A stretch of 64,000 nucleotides of DNA, taken from the NCBI GenBank assembly GCA_964597145.1, contig CAZQWH010000001.1, forward strand, positions 15,696 to 79,695, given 5' to 3'. Both the position numbers and the translations under genes were made by a program. Origin of the DNA: an uncultured Candidatus Saccharibacteria bacterium. Lineage in GTDB: Bacteria; Patescibacteriota; CAZHWT01. This document shows, in pieces, positions 10,098 to 21,415 of the stretch (positions are counted from its first letter, which is position 1; every line of letters starts with the position of its first letter). The notes below the pieces were generated by a model that saw only the letters and a program-made list of their open reading frames with translations, made no database searches and was not told the DNA's origin.

Positions 10098-10663
10098 GGG
10101 GTCTCTCCTTGATTTCCACACAGCGCCGTAGAGGCGTTGCCCACAGTGGGCGACCTAGGAATCCATCCCAGGAATATTTACGCAGTATATATTATATAGT
10201 GATAAATGTCAAAAACTATAGGATTATACTAACTAGGTAATACAATCCTGCGGATAGTTCATTGCTATTGTAGTCGCCGCTACAATAGTATTTCCTCATT
10301 CTAATAGCTAAAGCTAAATAGACCTGCGCCTAATTGCCAGCATTGCTATTAAGGTTGTTTATTTAGTGCTTAAGATCCCCGTTTGCTCTGCGACTCTGTT
10401 CGGAGTCTGCGGCCCAAGAATGACAAGTAGATTGAAAGTCATATCAACTTCCATCTAACTCCTATTCATTAAATATCTCCACTACTAGCTCCCGCATTCT
10501 GATTCAACATTCACTATTCAACCTCCGTAGTCCAACCTTCGATCTCCGAATTCCTATCTTCTGCATCCCGCCTCCCAGGTCTCAAATTCAATCTCCAACC
10601 TCCTGCTCCTAAGCGGCATAAGTTGTATCGGCCAAGCAAGTTGTAGTACCATGGAGGCTAATT

Positions 10664-12097
10664 ATGGATACTCCTGCGAGCCAGCCAGCTGTCAACCCAG
10701 CCCCTTCTACTCCTGCGCCCACCCCAACTCCAGTACCAGCATCAACCTCTGGAGGCGGATCAGGAAAGAAATTATTGTTTATAGCCGTTGGCGCCTTACT
10801 GCTGATCTTGATTTTGGGACTCGTAGCCTTCTACTTTTTGCGTGGTAACCAGGCCAACTCCAACAAACCAGTAACCCTAACCTATTGGGGATTATGGGAA
10901 TCGCCCGAAATCATGCAGCCGCTGATTGATCAATATCATCAAGACCATCCCAATGTCACCATCAACTATGAGCAACGCCCTATCGACCAGCACTATGCTA
11001 CAGTCAAGGCTCGGATTAGCCAGGCCAGCACCAGCAATAACCAGCCAGACATTGTACGGGTTCATAATTCTTGGGTTCCAGTTTTAGCTAATTATTTATC
11101 ACCGGTACCAGCTAGTGCCTACAGCCGCGAAGAATACGAATCAGTTTTTTATAACGTTACCAAAGATAACCTATTACTTAATGGTCAGTATTACGGCATT
11201 CCATTAATGATGGATGGTTTAGCCTTAGTTTATAATCAGGAGTTATTTAATACAGCTGGAATCTCGGCTCCGCCTTCTACCTGGGACGACGTGCGCCATG
11301 ATGCAGCCAAAATCACCCAACGTGACCAAAATGGTAACTTGACCATAGCCGGCATTGCCATGGGTAGCGCTAAGAATGTCGATCATTTTGCCGATATTAT
11401 TGGTCTGTTAATGGCTCAAAATAGCGTGGCCTTCAAAGACGGCAATGGCAATGTGGCTTTCGATAAATCTATTTCAGCCGACGGTCGCAACCTGGGCGCA
11501 GAAGCCCTAGCTTTCTTTAACTTATTCTCAACCGTAGAAAAAGGTTGGGACGACACCATGGAGCCATCTACGCTAGCTTTTAGTAAAGGTAAAGTCGGGA
11601 TGATTTTAATACCGTCGTGGCGGGTATTGTCATTGGTAGACCAAAACCCCGAATTGCAAATTAGGGTCGCACCTGTGCCACATTTAACCACCAACCAAAA
11701 AGTAGGCTATGCATCGTATTGGGTAGAGGCAGTGCCAGCCTCCAGCCCAAATCAAGCCGAAGCCTGGAAATTCTTACGCTACTTGTCAGAACGAGAGCAA
11801 CAATTAACCATGTTTAATGCTGCACAGCAAACCCGCAGCTTCGGTGAGCCCTATTCACGCAAAGATTTAGCTGACAGCTTATCCACCGATCCACTACTGG
11901 CACCGTTCGGCAGCCAGGCAGCTAACTACACCAGCTCATTATTTGCAACAAATACCGGTGCCGCCGAGTTAAATGGTGCCATCAATGCCGCCCTCGCCCA
12001 GGCCATAACCCAGGCTAAAACTACCGAATCGGCCGAAGCCGCCCTCACAACATTGGCCGAAAAAGTCACCTCCATCCTCACTCAAGAACGGCAATAA
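10664..12097 (+). CDS. ABC-transporter family-1 extracellular solute-binding protein with a P/T-rich N-terminal linker and TM anchor
   Basis: Pro/Thr/Ala-rich N-terminus, a TM helix, then a sugar-binding-protein-like core (LTYWGLWESPEIMQPLIDQY...). No permease or ATPase gene is adjacent. Confidence 0.7.
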   Translation: MDTPASQPAVNPAPSTPAPTPTPVPASTSGGGSGKKLLFIAVGALLLILILGLVAFYFLRGNQANSNKPVTLTYWGLWESPEIMQPLIDQYHQDHPNVTINYEQRPIDQHYATVKARISQASTSNNQPDIVRVHNSWVPVLANYLSPVPASAYSREEYESVFYNVTKDNLLLNGQYYGIPLMMDGLALVYNQELFNTAGISAPPSTWDDVRHDAAKITQRDQNGNLTIAGIAMGSAKNVDHFADIIGLLMAQNSVAFKDGNGNVAFDKSISADGRNLGAEALAFFNLFSTVEKGWDDTMEPSTLAFSKGKVGMILIPSWRVLSLVDQNPELQIRVAPVPHLTTNQKVGYASYWVEAVPASSPNQAEAWKFLRYLSEREQQLTMFNAAQQTRSFGEPYSRKDLADSLSTDPLLAPFGSQAANYTSSLFATNTGAAELNGAINAALAQAITQAKTTESAEAALTTLAEKVTSILTQERQ

Positions 12098-12537
12098 CCT
12101 CCGATAGTTCAAACCCCATAATCACCATCCGTCATTCCAACTGGCCTTTAACTGTGAGCGCCGGTAGAATTGGATCGGGAGTCTGTGCCGTAAAAAATAA
12201 ATTCGAAATTCTAAACTTGAAATCTTAAACAAATACTCCGTATAAATCAAAGATTTAGCAGAAGCTCTAAATCATAAATTTTAAATAAGACTCAAGACAA
12301 AAGACAAAAAGACTAAAACCCACCCTCTCCCCGTCATTGCGAATAAAATGAAGCAATCTTCTCTATCCCCACCAGGATCTGCCCGCCATGCCGTCGCCGG
12401 CGAAGCGGGCAGATTGCCATAGTCGCCCACGCTCCTCATTCGAGGCTGATCCTTCGACCATGAGCTTGAGACTGTCGAATGGGCAATGAGGCTTGAGTCT
12501 TTAGAGCCGAACGGCTTCGCCATGACGTATACTAACC

Positions 12538-12600
12538 TTCTCCAGACTCCAGACTCCAGACTCCAGACTCCAGACTCCAGACTCCAGACTCCAGACTCCC
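12538..12600. repeat. heptanucleotide tandem repeat (TCCAGAC) x about 8.5
   Basis: Directly visible perfect 7-bp tandem array in the galU-SBP-groES intergenic region. Confidence 0.9.
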
Positions 12601-12732
12601 GCATCCCGACACCAGACACCCTCCCCATCATTCTAGAACCAAGCACAGCCAAGAGCTAAAATTCCTCCGCTATCCGCTATCCGCTATTTCCAACCTTATA
12701 CGCTGCAATCCAACAGACTCAACTCTCGCCTC

Positions 12733-12787
12733 TTGACAGTCTGAGCTAGCTATCACTATAATAGCACTGCACTTATTCAAGTGCTAA
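12733..12787 (+). promoter_or_regulatory. groESL promoter (TTGACA-N18-TATAAT) overlapping a CIRCE operator (aTAGCACTg-N9-aAGTGCTAA)
   Basis: Matches the CIRCE consensus TTAGCACTC-N9-GAGTGCTAA at 12761-12787, with -35 and -10 boxes immediately upstream. Confidence 0.75.
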
Positions 12788-12843
12788 TTTCAAATTGTAT
12801 AACACAGGTTATTGTAAATATAACGATATAAGGAGGTTTTTAT

Positions 12844-13143
12844 ATGGCAAAATCATCAATTCAACCATTAGCCGATAAAGTTTTAATTAAACCAACTCCC
12901 AAAGAAGAGGTAACGGCTTCGGGTATTGTGCTGCCAGATACCGTGTCTAAGGAGCGTCCTCAAATGGGGGAGATTTTGGCGGTCGGTCCTGGCTCAATAA
13001 CTCCCGAAGGCAAAGTAATTGAACCCCGGGTTAAAGTTGGGCAAAAAGTCTACTTTACCAAGTATGGCCCAACTGAAATAAAAGTAGACGAGGAAGAGCT
13101 GCTGATTGTTGAAGAGAAAGACGTACTGGCGATTATTGCATAA
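12844..13143 (+). CDS. groES: co-chaperonin GroES
   Basis: MAKSSIQPLADKVLIKPTPKEEVTASGIVLPD... Confidence 0.95.
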   Translation: MAKSSIQPLADKVLIKPTPKEEVTASGIVLPDTVSKERPQMGEILAVGPGSITPEGKVIEPRVKVGQKVYFTKYGPTEIKVDEEELLIVEEKDVLAIIA

Positions 13144-13159
13144 TCGCTCAAAATTCGAA

Positions 13160-14914
<1,755 letters not shown>

Positions 14915-14955
14915 GAAGTTCAAAAGTCAAAAGACATAAGTCACAGTACATAGAA

Positions 14956-14988
14956 AGAGCCCCGATTAAACACCGGGGCTCTTTTGTC
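14956..14988. terminator. rho-independent terminator after groEL (bidirectional)
   Basis: agagccccgattaaacaccggggctct followed by TTTTG. It lies between convergent groEL and the mazG-like gene. Confidence 0.7.
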
Positions 14989-15320
14989 TAATCGCTTGGT
15001 GATACATTGTTACTAAGTCTTTGCTTAAGCTCCTCCATGGTGGAGAGAAACTCAGCTTCCAGATCCATACCTAACTCATCAGCAAGCACAATAATCGACC
15101 ACAGGCAATCGGACAACTCGTGGCCCAATTTTTGGTCAATATCTGCCTTGTGGCGGAAATTGTTCTTGGCCATAACCAGTTTGGCTAAGTCGCCTATATC
15201 GCCCATAAAGCCTTGCAGATATTCAGCCACTCCCCACGGCTGATGGCGGTTTCTGTGATTTGCTCTGCGATAGGATTCCTTCACTTCAACGGCTACGGCA
15301 ATCAGCTCCTTGAATTCCAT
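14988..15320 (-). CDS. MazG-like nucleotide pyrophosphohydrolase
   Basis: 110-aa all-alpha protein with a conserved EL.DCLW..I.LA..LG.DLE pattern typical of the MazG/NTP-PPase fold. Confidence 0.65.
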   Translation of the reverse strand: MEFKELIAVAVEVKESYRRANHRNRHQPWGVAEYLQGFMGDIGDLAKLVMAKNNFRHKADIDQKLGHELSDCLWSIIVLADELGMDLEAEFLSTMEELKQRLSNNVSPSD

Positions 15321-15378
15321 GTTTACTCCTTAGCTAAGAATGAAACAGTTTATTTAGTATATACAAGATCAGCGATGA

Positions 15379-16302
15379 TTAGTAGTATTTATGCAAGGTA
15401 AACTTTTTAGGTTGTCTGGGTGGGAAAAGTACCTCAATGTCCGGGTAATGGACATGGGTAGGAATGCGGCGAGTTGGTTCGTGGGCAATGGCTTGCTCTA
15501 TAATCCGGCCAACAGTTCCGGGCCGTTCTATGGGGGCTAAATGACCAACTTTAGGCATAAACTGAATCCGCGATTGGGGAATATGCTCAGCTAACATGAC
15601 TTGGGTTTTAATTGGCGCCACAATATCTGTTTCCCCAGCCAAAATAAAGGTTGGCACCGTGACTTTTTGAGCATAGGCATAAAACGGTGCAGCCAAAAAG
15701 CTTTCCAGGCATTCCATAACCACCTGCGGTCGTTGCTCTCGGGAATTTCTGATACCGAGCATCATTAATTCTAGCTTGCGCTTACGACTAACCGTCTTAA
15801 TGGTCACTAAAGACGACACAATTTCAATCAGAGGCGAAGCAAGCCAAGCCTTCCTCCAGCTCGGTGGCAGCTTTTGGCCGATGGCCAATTGGAACTGAGC
15901 CAACGTTTGGCTAAGCGAACGAAATGGTATAGCTGGAGAAATTAAAATAAGATGGTTCAACGATTTAGGATAAAGCGAGGCAAAAACCAGCGAGATCGAA
16001 GCCCCATACGAATGGCCAATCAAATCTACGGTTGGGCGATTAAGCGCGGTCAGAAATCGCTGAATAAAGTGGGCATAATTTTTAATTGTATGTGACTGAT
16101 GGGTAAATGACTGGGACCTGCCATAGCCAGGCAAGTCAAGCAGAATCGTGCAATAATCTTGAAAATAATCGGATAGTTCAGTTAAGGCCTTGTGATTGCC
16201 TTTAAATCCATGCACAAACACCATCGTTTGCACCAGATCGGGATTCCGCATCCAGTAATATACTTTTACTCCATCAATAATAATTGAGTGCCTAGTCAGC
16301 AT
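15379..16302 (-). CDS. alpha/beta-hydrolase fold protein
   Basis: MVFVHGFKGN...GHSYGASISL (GxSxG nucleophile elbow). I chose the ATG at 16300-16302 as the start. Confidence 0.7.
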   Translation of the reverse strand: MLTRHSIIIDGVKVYYWMRNPDLVQTMVFVHGFKGNHKALTELSDYFQDYCTILLDLPGYGRSQSFTHQSHTIKNYAHFIQRFLTALNRPTVDLIGHSYGASISLVFASLYPKSLNHLILISPAIPFRSLSQTLAQFQLAIGQKLPPSWRKAWLASPLIEIVSSLVTIKTVSRKRKLELMMLGIRNSREQRPQVVMECLESFLAAPFYAYAQKVTVPTFILAGETDIVAPIKTQVMLAEHIPQSRIQFMPKVGHLAPIERPGTVGRIIEQAIAHEPTRRIPTHVHYPDIEVLFPPRQPKKFTLHKYY

Positions 16303-16594
16303 AACAAACCTAGCTTGCCTGATACATATAGTATAACAAACCAGCAACACCCTACCCCTAAAAGCAACTCCTTTAAGCTCCTACTCGCTACTCCCGACTC
16401 ACAACTATAACCACAATGTGGTTACATATGCTTGGACGTTGATATCCCAGTGGATTGCCATTATAATGACCAACATATTGGGTCCTCAGTAAGCCCTCAT
16501 ACCGAGTGGCTTGCGCGTCATTCGGTAACAACGTTAATGATGTCTTGGGCTAAAGAACTCCGCTTGTTGCCGTTTGGTAGTTAAGGGGAGTTTT

Positions 16595-17557
16595 TTAGTG
16601 CTTTTGCCAGACAGTGATATGGTAACTACCCATACCTTGTTTAATAACTTCGGGGAATAAATAACCGGCTATAGCATTAGCGGTAAATGCAAGTGGATAC
16701 ACTGCAACCAACCCCTTAGTGATAATAGGTAGGCGAAAAAAGAAGTTGGCTAGTCTTTCAAACCGGTAAAGGGTGGGCAATATAAACGCCGACGCGTCTT
16801 CGTCACTAATTACCATCAACCCCTCCTTAGCAGCTTTGGCTAGGACATGGTCATATAGCTCAAATTGCGGTACAGCCATAGCTCTTTCAACCAAAGTTAA
16901 AGCTTTTGCCTTAGTCGTCGGTAGCTGGTGGCGAGGGGTGGTGGAGTAGCCATCAAGCACAATAAAGACTCCGTTCGGCTTAAGTATGCGACCGATCTGT
17001 TGGAATACCAGTTCTTTGTACTGGCTATAACACAAGGCTTCGATGACCAATACCACATCAACGCTAGCATCGGCAAAAATATCTAACCGATGATAATCGC
17101 CAAGTCGAGGATGGTAGTTGGGTAATCTGGCGGACTGTTTAGTGGCGAAGGAAAGCTGGCTCGGCGAAATATCCATGCCCTGAAAGCTTACATCGGGATA
17201 TTTTTGAGCCAGAAGGGCCGATGTAGCTCCTCGGCCAGTAGCTAACTCCACAACTGAGGTGGCGCTTAATTGGTCTATATACCGGGAAGTAATTCTAAAT
17301 GCTTCCTGCAAGTCGCTCTTTTTATACCTGCCATCCCGGCTGATCCCCATATACATTTGATGAGAGAAAGTGTGAAACAGCGAATAAGCCAATCGGTTAG
17401 CTTGGTAGTATCGTTGGATAGCATCAGTGTCGGTTGGTAGTTTTAGAATCTGGTCTAAATTAAAAAACTTAGCTAAAACCCGCAACTTGTATTCAAGTAT
17501 AGAAGAGTCGCTAGTCATAAGGAATGCTGCATTCATACTAATACACCGTTTAACCAA
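16595..17557 (-). CDS. class I SAM-dependent methyltransferase
   Basis: VVELATGRGATSALLAQKYPDVSFQGMDISP is SAM-binding motif I/II. Confidence 0.65.
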   Translation of the reverse strand: MVKRCISMNAAFLMTSDSSILEYKLRVLAKFFNLDQILKLPTDTDAIQRYYQANRLAYSLFHTFSHQMYMGISRDGRYKKSDLQEAFRITSRYIDQLSATSVVELATGRGATSALLAQKYPDVSFQGMDISPSQLSFATKQSARLPNYHPRLGDYHRLDIFADASVDVVLVIEALCYSQYKELVFQQIGRILKPNGVFIVLDGYSTTPRHQLPTTKAKALTLVERAMAVPQFELYDHVLAKAAKEGLMVISDEDASAFILPTLYRFERLANFFFRLPIITKGLVAVYPLAFTANAIAGYLFPEVIKQGMGSYHITVWQKH

Positions 17558-17714
17558 TTGTCATTTCAAATTAACTCTGATACTCTGGAATAGACGCTTG
17601 CCTCTTTTCAGAGCAAGATAGACTGGTGTAGGATGGTATCAGATATAGATCTCAGATCGCACTTGCCCTTTAAAAAGGGACAAGTTGACCTTTTTGAAGG
17701 GGGGTGAATATTGT

Positions 17715-17912
17715 ATGGCATTTAGCGTAGTAAGTGATAAATCCGGAAAGACGTATCACCTCCACTCTAAGACTGTTTCGCTTAAGAATACTGGTCGACA
17801 GCAAACAATTTACTTCTTTTCAACTAACCCTGAAGGATCAATCGATCTACCGACGGGTTACCAGGTTGTACAGAACCAACGAAGCGGGCTCCCTTTCCTC
17901 AAACGTGCTTAA
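17715..17912 (+). CDS. small hypothetical protein
   Basis: MAFSVVSDKSGKTYHLHSKTVSLKNTGRQQTIYFFS... preceded by a G-rich SD-like sequence. Family not recognised. Confidence 0.35.
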   Translation: MAFSVVSDKSGKTYHLHSKTVSLKNTGRQQTIYFFSTNPEGSIDLPTGYQVVQNQRSGLPFLKRA

Positions 17913-17946
17913 TTGCACAGCCGAGTATTGGGTCCTCAGACAATAA

Positions 17947-17988
17947 CCTCTACATGTTTACTCGAACACTGTAGAGGTTTTTGTTTGG
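17947..17988 (+). terminator. rho-independent terminator
   Basis: cctctaca-N15-tgtagagg followed by TTTTTGTTTGG. Confidence 0.55.
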
Positions 17989-18007
17989 CTTGTTATATAC
18001 TAGAAAT

Positions 18008-19444
18008 ATGAGTTATGAACAAGGTTTAGGCGCGCCAGCTGAAGCAGAACAGTTTAAATTTGGCGCAAAGCCAGCAGCGGAGAAGGCTACTGCTGTAGCT
18101 TTTGGCGAGGATCAATTTTACTCAGAGTCCCCTACGTACGAATTTGAGCCACAGCCAGCCGACACTTTGCACACCTCGTATGGCAAAGTGTTTTTAGAGC
18201 GAACTCTAGAAGAGCACCCTAACCGATCCGAGCAAGAAACGGCCGATGCAGAGAGAGTATTTGCCGAATTTGACCATCAGCAATTTGAAAACCTAGAAAT
18301 AGTTGAGTCTTCGCGTTATCCCGGAGTTAAATTTACTAAATCGACGGTGCATGTATCACCCGAAACTATGAGGCGCATATACGGCAATGAGTCCAATGCA
18401 GCCGATAGCCAAGACACTATTCCGGCTCAGCCAACGGCTAAAAAAACAATTGTCCTTTGGGGCTCTTTTGCTGCACCACCAGATGGCCATGCACTCAGCA
18501 TGGGCGATGCTATTTTTGACCGGGCAATTCAGGAGATTGGTATGGTATCTAATCGGATGGGCAGTCAGCACCCCATAGAGGTCGAGATTCAAATCTTGGG
18601 AGCACCAACTGGGCTAGGTGGTGAGGTGACACCGGAATATGTCAAAGACTTTAAGCAGCGCGGTTTAGACGCTAGCTCCGATATGTATGCCGAATATATT
18701 CAAGAGCATATCTTACCACCTGGCTTTATAGATATGCCTCCAGAGCAGCAAGCCGAGGTAATGCAAGACCAGCAGTTTGTGTTTGAAGGTGCCTCCAGAG
18801 GGGCAATTTTAGCCGATAAAGCTTACAGCCGTATGCCAGAGTCAATACGCCAAATAACAGCCCGCCGCTTAGATAATCCAGCCGGCCATCACGGTGACTC
18901 AAAACTATGGATGCTTAAGGGTTTGCAGGCTGGATTTGGCCTTGTTGGAGAATTTGCCCGGAATCTTATTGATAAGGATCGCCCATTGCGAGAGTTAATG
19001 GCTCAGGATAAAAAGCTTTATGCGGCGATGCGGCAAAAGTTTGGAATTCCTGATAATGAGCCTAAAGACCAAGCCAAGCTGAAAAATGCGGCAATGATAG
19101 CCGAGCTAAAAACATTGGGCAGGGGCGAAAGCTTATCGGAAGATGCAACTCGCCGGTACATCGTCCACGCCGTCAATGATTTACTCACCATGAATCCTTA
19201 CAAACGATCCCGCAAGCTACGGCACGTCAAACCTGGGACGTTGGCTCATAATATGTCAACGACTAATGAAGGCAAAGAATTCTTAATTGAAGGCGGACAT
19301 TTTTTTAAACCATTTGAGCGATATGCCAGCGATGAAGATGGCAACTTAGGGTCTTGGTGGCGGATGATTAATGCTGGAAGGCGAATGAGCGACGAAGTCG
19401 CTCAGAAGGCTGAGGGTGGTGTCAGCGAAACTGACAGGAGATAG
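18008..19444 (+). CDS. large hypothetical soluble protein
   Basis: The track ORF starts at a TTG at 17981. The first ATG, at 18008 (MSYEQG...), avoids overlap with the terminator. No recognisable domain. Confidence 0.5.
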   Translation: MSYEQGLGAPAEAEQFKFGAKPAAEKATAVAFGEDQFYSESPTYEFEPQPADTLHTSYGKVFLERTLEEHPNRSEQETADAERVFAEFDHQQFENLEIVESSRYPGVKFTKSTVHVSPETMRRIYGNESNAADSQDTIPAQPTAKKTIVLWGSFAAPPDGHALSMGDAIFDRAIQEIGMVSNRMGSQHPIEVEIQILGAPTGLGGEVTPEYVKDFKQRGLDASSDMYAEYIQEHILPPGFIDMPPEQQAEVMQDQQFVFEGASRGAILADKAYSRMPESIRQITARRLDNPAGHHGDSKLWMLKGLQAGFGLVGEFARNLIDKDRPLRELMAQDKKLYAAMRQKFGIPDNEPKDQAKLKNAAMIAELKTLGRGESLSEDATRRYIVHAVNDLLTMNPYKRSRKLRHVKPGTLAHNMSTTNEGKEFLIEGGHFFKPFERYASDEDGNLGSWWRMINAGRRMSDEVAQKAEGGVSETDRR

Positions 19445-19542
19445 GAGATAGGTGGGGCATATCATGTATATTGTATTAGGTATTATGCATGGGGATGGGC
19501 AAGAGATTCGATTCACGATTAACGATAAACGGCTACTGTCAT

Positions 19543-19638
19543 TGCGAGAGAACGAAGTGACTGCGGCAATCTACACTAGTTCAATCGAGATCTACTATAT
19601 TTCACAAGATTGCCGCGGCTTCGCCTCGCAATGACGGA
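19543..19638. repeat. nested palindromic element GTCATTGCGAG...CTCGCAATGAC
   Basis: Outer inverted repeat gtcattgcgag / ctcgcaatgac and inner inverted repeat gcggcaatct / agattgccgcggc. The same arms flank the ~60-bp repeat copy at 40022-40168. Confidence 0.7.
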
Positions 19639-19765
19639 GCAGTTAGCGCTTTTGAGCTTTGCGTTGTGGCTTTACGTCTTTAAATTTGAGTTTTGACCTT
19701 GTAACCTGTCAAAAGCATGTTGTCTAGTATATGTTTTCTATCTATCTGAGTTAAATAGGGTTAAT

Positions 19766-19790
19766 TATATAATATATTATATAATTCTTT
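19766..19790. promoter_or_regulatory. AT-rich perfect palindrome TTAATTATATAATATATTATATAAT (promoter-like element family, copy 1)
   Basis: Identical 25-mers occur at 42686-42710 and 56661-56685. An interrupted copy lies at 63615-63625 / 63693-63702. Confidence 0.6.
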
Positions 19791-19796
19791 TTTTCG

Positions 19797-20855
19797 TTAT
19801 TTCAGGCCGAGCTGGGCTAGCTTTTGGTGGTATTTTTTCATTATTTCCGATTGATAGTCGTGGGGGTGAAAGGCTAGGCGGTTGGGCTGGATGGTTTCTT
19901 TGGTGGGTTGGCGCATGATGCGCTGCTGGAATTTGTGGGCAAGACTGTCAAGCCAACTCAGGATGCGGGATGCGGTGAACAGTGACGAGTGACGAGTGAC
20001 GAGTGACGAGGTGAGGGGGGTGTCGTCATCCTGAACTTGATTCAGGATCTGGAGATTGGGGTGTTTGTAGAGGCTAGATCCTGAAGCGAGTTCAGGGTGA
20101 TAATGCATTTCGGTCAATGGGATGCGGGGGGTCGGAGGTCGGAGGTCGGAGGCGGATGAGCGGCTTGGGTACCTAGAAGGCTGAAGGCTGAAGGCTGAAG
20201 GCTGGATTTGGGAGGTTGGGAAATTGGGGAGAAAGTCGGTGATCCAGTTATTGATGTGGATATATTGTTCGTAGGTCTGGTGACGATTGAGGATGGGGAT
20301 GATGTGGGCTAGCTCGTTGGCGACGTAGAGGTTACAGTATTCTTCATTCAGATTGTCAATGGATAGCCACATATTGAGGCACAATTTATTATTGACGCGG
20401 CGGGGATCATCGGTTGGTTTGCGACGCCGACCGGTCAGGTTGAGAAGGAGGATGAGGATGAGGCGGGTCAGCCAGAGTCGGTTTCTGTCAGTGATAATCA
20501 GCAAATCAATATCATCGTCGGCTGTGGGGGTACCGCCGGCGACGGAGCCGGTGATGGCGACTAAATTAATCCAAGGGATTAGCCTAAAAATCCAGAGGGA
20601 TTTTTGGGCAGTTTGTAGTTTGTAGTTTGTAGTTTGTAGTTGGTATTTTTTTTGTTTTGCTAATTCGTTACGATTGTTTAATGTCCACGTGTTGTCTTGA
20701 TGTTTGAAGCTGGGTGACTGAACTTTGGACAGCCATTTGATATCTTTCAATTCATGTTGGATCAGATATTTTGATAATTCTTCGGTGGTGAGGGCCTGAT
20801 TGAATAGGTCAGCGTAAGCAAGAGTTTTAATGATGGCGGATTCGAGTTTATCCAT
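19797..20855 (-). CDS. Pol-beta-superfamily nucleotidyltransferase-domain protein carrying in-frame heptamer repeats and a 60-bp repeat element
   Basis: Canonical NTase motif ITGSVAGGTPTADDDIDLLIITD with a downstream acidic strand NMWLSID. The reading frame runs through (CAAACTA)x4, (GAAGGCT)x4, (GGTCGGA)x3 and (ACGAGTG)x3 tracts and through repeat copy E. Confidence 0.5.
   Translation of the reverse strand: MDKLESAIIKTLAYADLFNQALTTEELSKYLIQHELKDIKWLSKVQSPSFKHQDNTWTLNNRNELAKQKKYQLQTTNYKLQTAQKSLWIFRLIPWINLVAITGSVAGGTPTADDDIDLLIITDRNRLWLTRLILILLLNLTGRRRKPTDDPRRVNNKLCLNMWLSIDNLNEEYCNLYVANELAHIIPILNRHQTYEQYIHINNWITDFLPNFPTSQIQPSAFSLQPSRYPSRSSASDLRPPTPRIPLTEMHYHPELASGSSLYKHPNLQILNQVQDDDTPLTSSLVTRHSSLFTASRILSWLDSLAHKFQQRIMRQPTKETIQPNRLAFHPHDYQSEIMKKYHQKLAQLGLK
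20031..20099. repeat. GTCATCC...GATGAC-family composite palindrome, copy E (inside the NTase ORF)
   Basis: gtcatcctgaacttgattcaggatctgg...agatcctgaagcgagttcagggtgat. Confidence 0.6.
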
Positions 20856-20949
20856 GGCTAGTTAGTTGTAACAGATTGGGAATTAGTTAGCAAAAAGAAA
20901 TCCCAGCAGGTTAATACCGCGCTGGGATAATGAATAGCAAGGTGAAATG

Positions 20950-21276
20950 CTACGGGCCAGGTTTGTTCCAAGCTTCACGCTCGGCCTGGATGGCCTGCCA
21001 TTCTTCCGAAGCGTCGTCAATGTCGGCGTGCGCCTGGTTGACTGCATTGAGCTGGACTTGTCGGGAAATCCATTGCTCTAGTTCATGCTGGGCTGCTTCA
21101 ACCGCCTGTGGATTACTCTGAAAGTTTGCTCTCCAGACTAAGGCAAAATCGGCCAATTTGGCGGCAAAGTCTTCGGTAAACTTCGGCTGTTTGAGTAAGT
21201 CTGGATCAGCATCTCGCAAGAATTCGGCAAATATTTGCTGCAGCTCGACTCTTGTGTCGGCGTCTTGGGCACTCAT
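20950..21276 (-). CDS. hypothetical acidic protein
   Basis: 108-aa ORF on the same strand as its neighbours. No family recognised. Confidence 0.4.
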   Translation of the reverse strand: MSAQDADTRVELQQIFAEFLRDADPDLLKQPKFTEDFAAKLADFALVWRANFQSNPQAVEAAQHELEQWISRQVQLNAVNQAHADIDDASEEWQAIQAEREAWNKPGP

Positions 21277-21415
21277 GTTGCTCTCCTTTTCCAGCTGGCT
21301 TCACGAAAGCGAACTTGGAAGGATTATAGCATAGTTTTTTCAGATACAGCTGACGACAACTGAAAACAAAACCCCCTCGAACACAGAAATGTGCTGAGGG
21401 GGTGACAAGGAATCT

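Noticed and set aside
10150-10660. Looked for tRNA/ncRNA genes in the long intergenic gaps (10150-10660, 12100-12840, 16350-16595, 41830-43100)
   Set aside because: No cloverleaf-compatible segments, and no T-loop GTTCRANYC or acceptor-stem pairing found by eye. I cannot run tRNAscan or Infernal, so absence is not proven.
12538-12600. Possible CRISPR array suggested by the regular short direct repeats
   Set aside because: The repeats are perfect 7-bp tandem units with no spacers. No cas genes are nearby. This is a simple tandem repeat, not a CRISPR array.
12281-12652. 123-aa ORF on the minus strand (ESGVWSLESGVW...)
   Set aside because: Its reading frame is generated by translating the heptamer array and a GC-rich palindrome. 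It has repetitive, non-protein-like composition, and I judge it spurious.
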